Source: Methanocella sp.
GTDB taxonomy: Archaea; Thermoproteota; Bathyarchaeia; Bathyarchaeales; Bathycorpusculaceae
Reading direction: 5' to 3'
DNA length: 27,934 bases
NCBI GenBank assembly: GCA_050261115.1
Contig: JBLNCY010000025.1
Span: forward strand, 1 to 27,934
Shown here piece after piece: positions 1 through 9,778 of the stretch (positions are counted from its first letter, which is position 1; the number at the start of each line of letters is the position of its first letter). The notes beneath the pieces were generated by a model that was not told the DNA's origin, searched no databases, and saw only the letters and a program-made list of their open reading frames with translations. A program made the translations under genes and the position numbers.

Positions 1-1
1 A

Positions 2-910
2 AATCGATTAACTGTGGCGGTTTGTGCATTTAACGAAGGCAAGAACATAGGTCATTTGCTAAATAATATTCTATATAAGCAGGCGCTATCCTGCGATTCG
101 GAAGTGCTCGTTGTCTGCTCAGGCTGTACTGACACAACAAACAATATAGTTCAACAGTACGCCGCCAAAGATTCACGCATACACGCCCACTTTGAAGAGC
201 AAAGAACTGGCAAAACCAGCGCCGTTAACTATATCCTAAAACATGCCAACGGCGATATTCTTCTCTTTGTCTCAGCGGATACGCTACCGAAAAAGGGCAC
301 CTTTGCAAAGTTGATTTCCAAGCTGGCGGATCCCCAAGTCGGAGTTGCATGCGGCAATCCTAAACCCGTCAACGAAAAAACATCTTTAGTTGGCAAACTT
401 GTACAGCTTCTCTGGGGTTTTCATGGCTACGTGTTTGAATCGCTTAATGATCATGGGCTCGCTAGGCATGCCACGGAGATTTTTTGTGTAAGGAAAGGGA
501 TTGTGGATAAGTTACCGGCTGGCACTATCAATGACGATGCCTACATAGCAATAACAGCGAAAAAGAAAGGCTGGCTGATAAAATACGATCCGCAAGCACA
601 GGTTTTTATTCACGGCCCGGATAGTTTCCAAGAATATTTCCAGCAACGCAGAAGAATTATTTTCGGTCACTATCAAATTAGAAAATTAACCGGGGAATCA
701 CCCCAATATTTAGTCCATATGATGCCCACGCACCCCCTTCAAGCATTTCGGCTGCTTCCCTGGTTGTTTATAAAAAATAGTCCATTTGTTACTGCTGCTT
801 TTCTTTTTGCAGAGTTCTGGGTAAACGCCCTAGCAATATCAGACTATATCGTCGGAAAAAATTATGCTCAATGGTCCGCTCTTGAGTCAACTAAAAGCTT
901 GGTAGGTTAA
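2..910 (+). CDS. Glycosyltransferase family 2 (cellulose synthase/IcaA-like), probably 5'-truncated by the window edge
   Basis: AVCAFNE..I, CSGCTDTT, GK..A.N, SADT (DxD-like), INDD and QRRR motifs, followed by a hydrophobic C-terminal segment. The frame is open from base 2. Confidence 0.88.
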   Translation, partial: NRLTVAVCAFNEGKNIGHLLNNILYKQALSCDSEVLVVCSGCTDTTNNIVQQYAAKDSRIHAHFEEQRTGKTSAVNYILKHANGDILLFVSADTLPKKGTFAKLISKLADPQVGVACGNPKPVNEKTSLVGKLVQLLWGFHGYVFESLNDHGLARHATEIFCVRKGIVDKLPAGTINDDAYIAITAKKKGWLIKYDPQAQVFIHGPDSFQEYFQQRRRIIFGHYQIRKLTGESPQYLVHMMPTHPLQAFRLLPWLFIKNSPFVTAAFLFAEFWVNALAISDYIVGKNYAQWSALESTKSLVG

Positions 911-934
911 CCAAAGTTTACTCCATTTTTAAAA

Positions 935-1819
935 ATGCTGGTTGGAAATATGACTTCCAAAAATACAGTTCTCAGCTTGATTGAACAAAACCCCGTTACA
1001 GTCAAGCTTGCTTCTCCTTTAGCTGTTAGATTATACCCTGATTGTCGACCCTGTTGTCTTGAAACAAGTATCTTGCAGAAAGGCCTAGTCCTGCTACTAA
1101 ATGGTGAGGAGGTAGTTGAGGAAGGCGTCGGTTTTGGTCTGCCGATCGTTAAATATGCTGACAAGACCTTTTTTTCCAGCAAAGCCGAAATCTCCATGCA
1201 GAGAATCGGCGATCGCTTCAGGTTGACTAAGACTTTTGTGCTCGACACGGTTTCAGTAAAGAAGCTAGGCAACAATGTTCGGATTCACGATAGGCTATAC
1301 TCCCCGTTGCGAAAAACCTTCCAACTGCTCTACCTAAAACACAAACGCCTAAACCCCCTATTCAACGCAGTCATGGAGACTCGCAACCTATTCGGGGTTA
1401 AAACCGAATTCGAAACAGTCAACCCCCGAGGCACCGTAACCGTAACTTACGACTGCCACCCAAACCAAATCAAAATTCACGCCGACCTATCCAATATAAA
1501 ACTAACAAACTGCCAACAAATCCTAATGCTAAACGAGCAGGGTTCAAACATCTTCCAAACCTACACCGACAATACTAGAACCCTGCTACGGGGCGACCGA
1601 ATTGGCGCATGGGATCGCGTTGAAACCGACGCGGCAGCTTTACTTAGCAGCCAAAGCACGTTTGGCTTTAGTGTATTTCAAGTTAGGGGCGCCTTGCTTT
1701 ATCGTGGGTGGGAGAATACCCGTGGGCGTTTTTCTTGGGCTGGTCTTAGTTATTCGCTAAAACCAGGAAAAACCGCTTTTGATTACACGATTGAGCTGCT
1801 ATGCAGTAATAAGCAGTGA
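935..1819 (+). CDS. Hypothetical protein
   Basis: 294-aa ORF co-oriented directly after the GT2 gene. No family recognised. The start could be ATG 950. Confidence 0.75.
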   Translation: MLVGNMTSKNTVLSLIEQNPVTVKLASPLAVRLYPDCRPCCLETSILQKGLVLLLNGEEVVEEGVGFGLPIVKYADKTFFSSKAEISMQRIGDRFRLTKTFVLDTVSVKKLGNNVRIHDRLYSPLRKTFQLLYLKHKRLNPLFNAVMETRNLFGVKTEFETVNPRGTVTVTYDCHPNQIKIHADLSNIKLTNCQQILMLNEQGSNIFQTYTDNTRTLLRGDRIGAWDRVETDAAALLSSQSTFGFSVFQVRGALLYRGWENTRGRFSWAGLSYSLKPGKTAFDYTIELLCSNKQ

Positions 1820-1909
1820 AGAATCAATTTGCTATTAACAATGCATTAGTGTTTGTGTTGGAAAGTTTTTTATGCTAACTATTTTAGATTATCAACGGGG
1901 CATAGATAG

Positions 1910-3916
1910 GTGAAATCAATTGATGTCACTAGACCCGTAGAAGCAAAACAGGTTACTTCTGCAGTAGATTTTATTGAACCCCCATCATATGCTAAGCGGC
2001 GTTTTTGCCGTGGCTTGAATCTTTCTGGTTCACAACTTCAGTTGTTACTCAACAATATACCGCAGGGCATGGCACTAAACAAAATAGTTTATAGCCAAAC
2101 CGGTGAACCCAAAGACTTCATAACCATCGAAGCAAACAAGGCTTACCTCCAAATTCTAGAGTTATCCCGGAAGGCAGTAGTAAACAAAAAAGCCTCCAAA
2201 AAATTCCCCCTAAAGATTCTGGGGTCAGGTACATGGCTTGACTTCTATGACAACGCTGTCTCGACTGGTATGCCGCAGATGTTTGAGGCGTTATTCAAAG
2301 ACAAGTTCTACCTGGTTTACGTTTACCGGATGCTTAAGGGCTTCTGCGTTTCTGTCTTTGTTGATATTACCGCTCAAAAAGAACAAGTAAAACAGCAAAC
2401 CCAAAGACAACAGCCAGAGCAGCTAAAAGACAACTTTGAGAAATATCAGTACTTCATCAAGTATGCTCCCTTGGGCATCTGTGAAATAGACACAAAAACC
2501 AGCAAGTTCCGAATGGCAAACGAGGAAATGTGCAGAATTCTGGGGTACAGCGAGCAGGAACTACTCCTCTTAGAGCCTTTAGACCTCTTGTACCCTGGAA
2601 GCAAAAAACGATTCAGGCGCCAAATGAATGAATTGATGGCGGGAAAAGAGGTTGATGAATTCGAAGAGTATCGTATAGAGACAAAGAGTGGCAACAGCTT
2701 ATGGGTAGTGATACAGGCTAAACTCTTCCACGCACTGCACGGATTAGACGGTGCCCTTGTAGTCGTGCATGATGTAACCAAAAGAAAAAAGTCTGAGCGG
2801 GGGTTGCTTTTAGCTGAAAAAAGATACCGGCGACTATACGAGACAACCCACGATGGTATCATGGCTCGCGACTTAGAGGGCAACATGATCGACTGCAACC
2901 CGGCCTACGCAAAAATGCTGGGTTACACCCGAAAAGAGCTACGTAAACTATCTGTTAAGGAGTTGCTGCCGGAAAAGTGGCATGAGCAAAGAGAGCGCAT
3001 AGTAAAAAAAGTCACCCAGACCGGCCGCTCGATCGTGTTTGAGCGCGAATACAAGCGAAAGAACGGCTCTGTTTTTCCTGCTTCTGTTAGGACATGGCGG
3101 CTAACAAACGGAAAAGGCAAAGTCATAGGCATATGGTCTATTGTTAGGGACATAAATCAACAGAAACTGCTTCAAAAAAACCTCGAAGAACATGCCGGCA
3201 TTCTAGAGAAGATTATTGCAGAACGAGAAAAGAGGCTCAAGGATACCGAGCGGCTTGTGGCGATTGGGCAAACTGCAGCCATGGTGGGACATGACCTGCG
3301 CAACCCGCTCCAGACCTTAACGGGAGAATTATACCTGGCCAAAATGGAAGTTGACGCCTTACCTGAAGGAGATCAAAAGACGAACCTGCAGGAAAGTATC
3401 CACGTAATCGAAGACCAAGTCGCATATATGGATAAAATCGTTTCTGATTTGCAGGCGTTTGTGCGACCGGTAAAGATAGACAAGAAACCCCTCAGCCTCA
3501 AAGAACTCCTCTCAACTGTGCTAGAGACAGTATCCATCCCTGGAAACATTTCAGTGCAAATATGCAATAGCGGCGACTCTTTTGAAGTGAAAGCTGACCC
3601 GTATCTGTTAAAGCGTGTGCTGATTAACTTGGTCACTAATGCGGTTCAAGCCATGCCTCAGGGCGGCAACCTATCCGTAGCTACCGACATTAACTCGGCT
3701 GGTTTGGTCTCGATATCTGTGAAAGACACGGGCTTAGGCATACCTGAAAAGATCCGCAGCCAAATATTTACCCCACTTTTCACCACTAAGCCGCGTGGGC
3801 AAGGCTTTGGCTTGGCGGTGTGCAAACGGGTCATCGAGGCTCATGGTGGATCTATACACTATAAAAGCGTCGAAGGCCAAGGAACGGAGTTTGTGATTGT
3901 GTTTCCCTCAAGCTAA
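1910..3916 (+). CDS. Cytoplasmic multi-PAS sensor histidine kinase
   Basis: Three PAS-like repeats (EANKAY; ANEEMCRILGYS; CNPAYAKMLGYT, ending DIT/DVT/DIN). H-box HDLRNPL, N-box NLVTNAVQAM, G1 DTGLGI, F-box FTPLFTTK, G2 GQGFGL. No transmembrane segment. Confidence 0.95.
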   Translation: MKSIDVTRPVEAKQVTSAVDFIEPPSYAKRRFCRGLNLSGSQLQLLLNNIPQGMALNKIVYSQTGEPKDFITIEANKAYLQILELSRKAVVNKKASKKFPLKILGSGTWLDFYDNAVSTGMPQMFEALFKDKFYLVYVYRMLKGFCVSVFVDITAQKEQVKQQTQRQQPEQLKDNFEKYQYFIKYAPLGICEIDTKTSKFRMANEEMCRILGYSEQELLLLEPLDLLYPGSKKRFRRQMNELMAGKEVDEFEEYRIETKSGNSLWVVIQAKLFHALHGLDGALVVVHDVTKRKKSERGLLLAEKRYRRLYETTHDGIMARDLEGNMIDCNPAYAKMLGYTRKELRKLSVKELLPEKWHEQRERIVKKVTQTGRSIVFEREYKRKNGSVFPASVRTWRLTNGKGKVIGIWSIVRDINQQKLLQKNLEEHAGILEKIIAEREKRLKDTERLVAIGQTAAMVGHDLRNPLQTLTGELYLAKMEVDALPEGDQKTNLQESIHVIEDQVAYMDKIVSDLQAFVRPVKIDKKPLSLKELLSTVLETVSIPGNISVQICNSGDSFEVKADPYLLKRVLINLVTNAVQAMPQGGNLSVATDINSAGLVSISVKDTGLGIPEKIRSQIFTPLFTTKPRGQGFGLAVCKRVIEAHGGSIHYKSVEGQGTEFVIVFPSS

Positions 3917-4215
3917 AGTTCGATGTGGCTTTTTGATTTGCGGTCTGATAGTTTATGCTTTAGGGTGTAGATGAATACGATAAACCAGAATGCCACCGTT
4001 GCCCAGGTCAGCGCAAAGCCTAAGACGTTGCCTACTAGGTGATAGGCGAATTCGAAGATAACCAGGGACACAAATGTCAGAAAAGAGCCAACTATGCTGT
4101 AGCCTCTCAGTACATTGCGGTTCTTGATGACTGCACGCAGCATCCAGATTAACGCGACAAAGTTGATGAGGCAGCCGACGTCTAGTAGTAGGTTGGCTAA
4201 TTGTAGCATGTCCAT
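3913..4215 (-). CDS. Small three-helix membrane protein, function unknown
   Basis: Three hydrophobic stretches and a basic tail. Converges on the kinase gene with a 4-nt overlap. Confidence 0.7.
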   Translation of the reverse strand: MDMLQLANLLLDVGCLINFVALIWMLRAVIKNRNVLRGYSIVGSFLTFVSLVIFEFAYHLVGNVLGFALTWATVAFWFIVFIYTLKHKLSDRKSKSHIEL

Positions 4216-4353
4216 TTTATTGTTGTCCCTTTAGCGAATTCAGTCTGCGTTAACTTAAGGTTATTGCTGTATCAAGCTCTGGGCTGTAAATTACCTTAAA
4301 TCTGCTGATGAAGGTGTATATGGATAACGTAAGGGAGAGGGGTGAAAGACAAA

Positions 4354-4488
4354 TTGATTTCACGCGATTGTGACGGCTGTGGCCTTCAGAAGCCATGCCT
4401 AAAACGCTATAAGAAAGTCAACTTGTATGAGAAGGTTTACTGCCCAGACGGAACCGCTCATCTAGTCGACGAAGCAAGCCTAGCCTAA
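4354..4488 (+). CDS. Unlisted 44-aa Cys-rich small protein, probably metal-binding
   Basis: TTG start, MISRDCDGCGLQKPCLKRYKKVNLYEKVYCPDGTAHLVDEASLA*. SD GGGGTGA at 4339-4345 and a downstream hairpin plus T-tract. Alternative in-frame GTG at 4342. Confidence 0.7.
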   Translation: MISRDCDGCGLQKPCLKRYKKVNLYEKVYCPDGTAHLVDEASLA

Positions 4489-4510
4489 GGCAGTCTTGTC
4501 TTGTGGCTTG

Positions 4511-4539
4511 TGGAGTAGCCTAAGTGCTCCAGTTTTTTT
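4511..4539 (+). terminator. Hairpin plus oligo-T terminator after the small ORF
   Basis: TGGAGTA-gcctaag-TGCTCCA stem followed by GTTTTTTT. Confidence 0.6.
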
Positions 4540-4673
4540 GCTTTTGATTAAACCGCTATTTTTTCTTTTCCTTAAAAAACGCGTTGGTTACGGTTCTATT
4601 TTCTGGTACAGGGGATATTTTGGAAAAATTATATATAGTTTGCATGGCTGAAAGGTGAGGGAAGAGGGATTCG

Positions 4674-5438
4674 GTGAAAACACTCAAACTCGCATTAGTC
4701 GTTTCATTTATAGTCGTTATGTTTGCTTCGGTTAGCATTGTTTCGGCAGCAGCTATGGAGGGTACCGCGGTGGGGTATTGGTCAGTCACTCATCCCACCC
4801 CTGGAAGGCAAGTGACCCTAACAGTCACTTTTGACAGTAGCAGCACTCAAACGTTGTATCTTTATGCTATCGGCGTCCATGGCGACTGGATGGAATCCGG
4901 TCGCTTCTATGGCCCAGACTTATCCGACGATCCTGTACCTGTTGCACCTGGGCAACCTTACTCTGCAAAAATCATTTTAGACATACCCGTCACGGCAAGT
5001 CTCGGTGAACATGAATACTACATCGGCGTCGACGGCGTTAAAGAAAACGGTGAAAGCTTCTCTTGGGACTCCCCCACTTACACAGTAACATTTGACGTAT
5101 CTAGCGCCCCCACTCCTACAGGCCAACCTAATTCTGGCTCTACAAATCCACCTACAGATGGCGGCTTAAACAACATGCTGGTCTATGTGGCTGTAATTGC
5201 GGTCGTTGCCGTCGTTGCAATAGTTCTTGCTATCTTTATTGTCAAAAGATCCGGTAAGAAACCCGATGCTCCTGCTGAATCTTTTCCACCTGAGTCAACC
5301 TTTGTTCCGCCCCCAGCATCGCCTAAGCCAGAGCAGAAACCAAAAGCAGAACCCATGCCTGACCCCGAACCAGAACCAGCGCCTGAACTCACAGAGCCTG
5401 AAGATACAGAACCCGAAAGTAAAGACTTCACTATCTAA
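4674..5438 (+). CDS. Secreted, single-TM-anchored surface protein with a Pro/Glu-rich cytoplasmic tail
   Basis: Signal peptide, beta-rich ectodomain, Pro/Thr linker, TM (VYVAVIAVVAVVAIVLAIFIV), then KR and a PEPEP-rich tail. TATA TTATATA lies upstream. Confidence 0.85.
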   Translation: MKTLKLALVVSFIVVMFASVSIVSAAAMEGTAVGYWSVTHPTPGRQVTLTVTFDSSSTQTLYLYAIGVHGDWMESGRFYGPDLSDDPVPVAPGQPYSAKIILDIPVTASLGEHEYYIGVDGVKENGESFSWDSPTYTVTFDVSSAPTPTGQPNSGSTNPPTDGGLNNMLVYVAVIAVVAVVAIVLAIFIVKRSGKKPDAPAESFPPESTFVPPPASPKPEQKPKAEPMPDPEPEPAPELTEPEDTEPESKDFTI

Positions 5439-5512
5439 CCTTTTTTTCTTACCCTTCTTTTCTTTGCCTGAAAAACCTTATAGCCTTAGATTCTAATATC
5501 ATATATCTGTTT

Positions 5513-6193
5513 ATGGGAAGGGCTTTGAGGGCTAACAATCGTAGACCAATTCAGACCGGGGTAGCCGGAGTTTTTTTGTTTGCCCTACTATTGTCTTCTT
5601 TTAACTCAAACGTTGCTGGACAGGAAGGTACGGCGTTTAATCCCCAAGACCGCTTTGATATTCCACAATTAAACGGTTCCATAAACTTTGCCTACAACGG
5701 CTCCTACACTCAAGCTACCCTTGAAGACAACACTTGGCATTTCAGGGGATTAACCCTCAACGGATCTAGGTCGCTGGGTGATTTCTCGGTTTCTGTGCAG
5801 GATTCTAACATAACTATCTCTTCGCTTTCAGCCCCAAACTCATCCCAGAGCCGCAGGTTCGTGCGGTATTACGCTGAGGGTGCAGGGCAGCAGATTTTTG
5901 ATTTGGGCGTTAAAGGCTCCACGCATGTTAGTGAATGGTGGGTTACCTTGCCAGGCGGGGTTTTCTTAGCACCAGGAAGGGACTGGCAGTTGCTAGACGG
6001 CAACATCATTTCGGTAACTGGCCAAACTGGGAACGTGTCAGTGGTGCATAATAACTTTGGTCTTGACGAGCGCCGCAGCTTGTCTTTTGTTGAGCAGCAC
6101 TCTGTTGCCCTTACAGCCGGCGCCATAGTTGCTGTTACTGTTACAGCTGCAGCTTTACTTAGAATTAAACGGGGACGACTAAATGGTTACTGA
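5513..6193 (+). CDS. Secreted, C-terminally anchored hypothetical protein
   Basis: N-terminal hydrophobic signal and C-terminal TM followed by RIKR. Several N-x-S/T sequons. Overlaps the next gene by 11 nt. Confidence 0.8.
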   Translation: MGRALRANNRRPIQTGVAGVFLFALLLSSFNSNVAGQEGTAFNPQDRFDIPQLNGSINFAYNGSYTQATLEDNTWHFRGLTLNGSRSLGDFSVSVQDSNITISSLSAPNSSQSRRFVRYYAEGAGQQIFDLGVKGSTHVSEWWVTLPGGVFLAPGRDWQLLDGNIISVTGQTGNVSVVHNNFGLDERRSLSFVEQHSVALTAGAIVAVTVTAAALLRIKRGRLNGY

Positions 6194-7424
6194 AAATTCA
6201 CCCTACCTTGTAGTGCCGCTCTATTTCCTAATCATAGCCATCGGCATAATCCTCATCCTAAAACTATCCAAAGACAAAACACGCAAATACAGTTCCCTGC
6301 GACTATTCGTTCAGGTAGCGGCGGTTTTTGGCATATTCATGGGGTTAATTGTTGGCCCCTTCAACGTACCCATCTTTGCCCCTCTGGGTCCATCCCCACG
6401 CGATAACCTGCTAGGCGCAGATCTCCTGGGCAACCAGTTCCCCGACGGCATATCTGTGCCCTTCCTAGCCTGCTATTACCCCAACGGTCGCACTGTTACT
6501 TGCGCAATCTGGCAGCTGCAAGCCTACATTTTCCCCTTCTGGGATTACCCCCGGGGCTACCAAGTCACCTACTCCACGTCTGGTCTTGAGAAACTAGCCA
6601 TCGTCGTGGGCTCTTTGGCTGCTGCGTGTATTGTTTTGGGGCGTTCCTTCTGCGGCTGGCTTTGTCCCTTTGGGCTCTATCAGGATCTCCTGACGCGTCT
6701 GCGTAAATCTGTGCGGCTCAAGCATTTCAGTACCTCAGTTAAAACAAACAAGAAGCTGGGGCAAGTTAGCTATATCATAATCGCTGTGTTTCTGTTGCTC
6801 AGTGTCATTTTTGGATCCTACGCCTTTTTTGGCACCGAAATCATACCGGGAACCATACCCGGCGGCCCCGAGGGTACTGAAGCAGGCATTGTCAGTTACA
6901 TCAATGAGCCTTTCTGTCTGGTTTGCCCCGCAAGGCCCCTCTGTATAGGCGTAGAGTTACTTGTGGGTTCAATGAATTGGGACTATGTTTCCCAAATTGC
7001 ATATGGCCCCTTTTGGATAAGTGGTTTCTACTTAACCTCAATCAACGTGACCATTCTAATCATCGTTACGCTTCTGGCTTTGGCGTACCGTCGGGCCTGG
7101 TGTCGAATCTGCCCCATGGGCGGCATCACCGCGCTGTTTAGCACTTTCACACCCTTCAAACAAATCGCTCTAACCAAGCTAGAGAAGAACGAGCAAAAAT
7201 GCACCAAATGCGGCGTCTGCAAACGCGTCTGCCCAACCCAAGCAACCGATATGTACGAGAAGAAAGGCGGCGACGTCACCGAATCCCGATGCATCCTCTG
7301 TGCCCGCTGCGTCGAGATTTGCCCCTATGATGACGCCTTAAAGTTGACCTTTGCGGGAAAAACGGTGGCTAAGTCACGGAATTGGCTGGACTCCGATAAA
7401 TCCGAGGGTGCCTCGGCAGATTAA
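6183..7424 (+). CDS. Membrane-bound 4Fe-4S polyferredoxin (NapH/MauN/RdxA-like)
   Basis: GRSFCGWLCPFG, FCLVCP and WCRICPMG motifs. Two CxxCxxCxxxCP motifs (CTKCGVCKRVCP, CILCARCVEICP). Multiple TM helices. Confidence 0.9.
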   Translation: MVTENSPYLVVPLYFLIIAIGIILILKLSKDKTRKYSSLRLFVQVAAVFGIFMGLIVGPFNVPIFAPLGPSPRDNLLGADLLGNQFPDGISVPFLACYYPNGRTVTCAIWQLQAYIFPFWDYPRGYQVTYSTSGLEKLAIVVGSLAAACIVLGRSFCGWLCPFGLYQDLLTRLRKSVRLKHFSTSVKTNKKLGQVSYIIIAVFLLLSVIFGSYAFFGTEIIPGTIPGGPEGTEAGIVSYINEPFCLVCPARPLCIGVELLVGSMNWDYVSQIAYGPFWISGFYLTSINVTILIIVTLLALAYRRAWCRICPMGGITALFSTFTPFKQIALTKLEKNEQKCTKCGVCKRVCPTQATDMYEKKGGDVTESRCILCARCVEICPYDDALKLTFAGKTVAKSRNWLDSDKSEGASAD

Positions 7425-7464
7425 GCCCCGCCCTTGCGGTGTAGTGCTGGGGTTCCTGGGTAAA

Positions 7465-8157
7465 TTATTCTTTCTTTACTATGCCTGCTCCGCATTGCTT
7501 ACAGAACAAAGCGTTGTCCACGCTCATAGTTCCGCATGTTCCGCAAGCGATTCCTGTGCTGTTGGTGGTTGGTTTTTCTGTGAGGTGTTGGCCGCAATTA
7601 ATGCAGCAAACCGCATCTAAATCATTCTCAGCGCCGCATTCATCGCAGCGAACGGCACATAGAATCTTTTGTAGTTCTTTCCAGTTGCCTTCAACCTCCA
7701 GTTTATCGCTGGTCGGTTCAAGCGTTGTTAGTAGGTTGAAGAGTTGCATCCACTGTTCTTTGGTGGGTTCTAACTCGGATTCATAGTCCTCGCTTAGAAT
7801 TCTAAACTTTAGCTCCTCGCCCCATTCTAGTTGGAGCCGCTCAATTTCGTCGTAGGTGTAGTCGCTGTTTTTCTTGCTGAGTTTGAGGATCTGGTCAAGG
7901 GGCATGGTGCTAAGTTCTTCTTCTATTGCTTTTATGCGGCTGTCGACGTAGGTTAGGGGTGGGCTGATGGCGTTGGCGGTTGAGGGAATCTGGCGGATAT
8001 TAGGCATGCTGGGGCTGTAGCGGTCGAGGTTGCCCATGAAAACGATGGCGACACGGTTGTCAGTGAAGTAGAGGTCGTATCTGGCGTTAACGTCTGCGGT
8101 TAGCAATACGTCTCGTATTATGTGACGCTGTTCACTATCTGGCATCCTAGGTTCCAT
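7465..8157 (-). CDS. Double zinc-ribbon domain protein
   Basis: C-terminal CDEC..CINCG and CGTCG..CKQCG pairs. Confidence 0.8.
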   Translation of the reverse strand: MEPRMPDSEQRHIIRDVLLTADVNARYDLYFTDNRVAIVFMGNLDRYSPSMPNIRQIPSTANAISPPLTYVDSRIKAIEEELSTMPLDQILKLSKKNSDYTYDEIERLQLEWGEELKFRILSEDYESELEPTKEQWMQLFNLLTTLEPTSDKLEVEGNWKELQKILCAVRCDECGAENDLDAVCCINCGQHLTEKPTTNSTGIACGTCGTMSVDNALFCKQCGAGIVKKE

Positions 8158-8204
8158 GTGTCGTATTGACCTCGGTTAAATTTAGCTTTATCGAAATGAG
8201 CCGA

Positions 8205-9743
8205 CTATGTTGAATTAGCGGTTTTTTTATGCTTTCTCAAGAGCACTATACAAGCCAAAGAGATGGATACAACCGAGACGATTACGGCCGTCACAAGCAA
8301 GTTTGACAAGGATTTGTTTTCCTCAATTGTGAAACTGACTGTTTCTGAACTACCCTCATTGCCATATTCGTCAATAGCATAGATTGTGATATTATGTGTA
8401 CCAAGCGACAAATCAGTGAGGGTTAGATTGCCCGATATGGTTTCATTGTTATTTTCGTCTAAACTATAGCCAATCCATGAAACCGGTTTGTTAAGGACAA
8501 AATCTACACTTACATTTCTAATCGAATAGGTAACGCTTTCTGGATTGATAATTTCGATAGTTGGCATTATAAGCCAATCGGGAATCACTTCCTCAACTGC
8601 GGAAAGATTAACTGGATTTATGAGGGGATACCTGTCGAGATGTGTAGAGTCTAAGTAGAAAGGCGAGTCACCTACACCATCGTTGTTGTTATCCTCTCCT
8701 TGATAGGTGTTCCAATAATTACCTTCTATGCCATTGTCCAAATAGTCTGTAATATTGGACATAACCATTGTCCACATTTGATAATACCGATTGTCCACAA
8801 AGTTGTTATGGACTAAGAAGCTAAGGTTGCCATATGGATTTATGATAGCGTTACGTGAGTTTATAGTCCACTCATTATTGGCAATATAGTTCGCGTACAT
8901 TATACTATCTGCACTTGGAGAAATACCTATTCGACAATAAGTGACATTATTCAACATAGCCTTGTTGCCATAACCGATTAAAATTAAACCATCCCCAAAG
9001 TGGTCTAAAACATTTTTGCACAAAACATTATTGTTACCATTAACTTTAAACGCACCATACTGTGCATCAACGCAGAAATTACTATAAAAGTAGCTTTCGT
9101 CTGAGACTGCAGAAAAAGAACCCCCGAATGTATTGAAAGATACCGTGTTATATTGACCAGCGAAATTAACGTCTCCATTGCTAACTTTATTTAATGTAAA
9201 GTTGCAATGATTTCCAGCAATATTTATGGGTCTTGATGATAATGTATTGTTTACTATTTTGTTATTAAACCCCAAAACTGTTAGAGGAGCTGATATGAAG
9301 TTGCTCTCTATTTTGTTATTGTTTCCAGTAATGTTAATGTCACCGCCTGTAGTTGAAATTGTGAGACCAGAAAGTACAAAATTATCAGCGTAAACAGCCA
9401 TAGCTCTGTCATACCAAATTGCTCTGTATATGTCTGGAAATTCTGGGTACAAGGGTTCATCATGTTTTTCAGAATTCAATTTTATTTTCGTTGTTTCAAC
9501 ATTTTCACCTATTAATGATATAGACTTGGTTATGCTAAGCTCATTTTCAGTATAAATTCCGCTTCTAACATAAACGGTGCCTCCGTTGGTAGCATGGTTT
9601 ATGGCTGATTGGATAGTAGCAAAGTCGTCTGGAACAATTATTGTTTTACTTTGGGCTTTGACGAATATGGGTTGGGCCATAACTAAAGATGATATGAATA
9701 ATACAGCAAGCAGTAAAGTCAAGGTTTTCCCGATTCTGCCCAT
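8205..9743 (-). CDS. Secreted right-handed beta-helix (NosD/CASH-like) surface protein with Ig-like domain and C-terminal TM anchor
   Basis: TIIVPDDFATIQSAIN..G.TVYVRSGIY.E start, Asn-rich repeats, GNYW..Y.G.D.N.DGVGD.P motif, Ig-like YSLD..G.HNITIYA.D..GN segment, then TM and RKHKK. Likely start is ATG 9743 (MGRIG); the ORF track starts at 9767. Confidence 0.88.
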   Translation of the reverse strand: MGRIGKTLTLLLAVLFISSLVMAQPIFVKAQSKTIIVPDDFATIQSAINHATNGGTVYVRSGIYTENELSITKSISLIGENVETTKIKLNSEKHDEPLYPEFPDIYRAIWYDRAMAVYADNFVLSGLTISTTGGDINITGNNNKIESNFISAPLTVLGFNNKIVNNTLSSRPINIAGNHCNFTLNKVSNGDVNFAGQYNTVSFNTFGGSFSAVSDESYFYSNFCVDAQYGAFKVNGNNNVLCKNVLDHFGDGLILIGYGNKAMLNNVTYCRIGISPSADSIMYANYIANNEWTINSRNAIINPYGNLSFLVHNNFVDNRYYQMWTMVMSNITDYLDNGIEGNYWNTYQGEDNNNDGVGDSPFYLDSTHLDRYPLINPVNLSAVEEVIPDWLIMPTIEIINPESVTYSIRNVSVDFVLNKPVSWIGYSLDENNNETISGNLTLTDLSLGTHNITIYAIDEYGNEGSSETVSFTIEENKSLSNLLVTAVIVSVVSISLACIVLLRKHKKTANST

Positions 9744-9778
9744 ACCACCAAAGGCAAATAGTAGCAATTAATAGTTTA

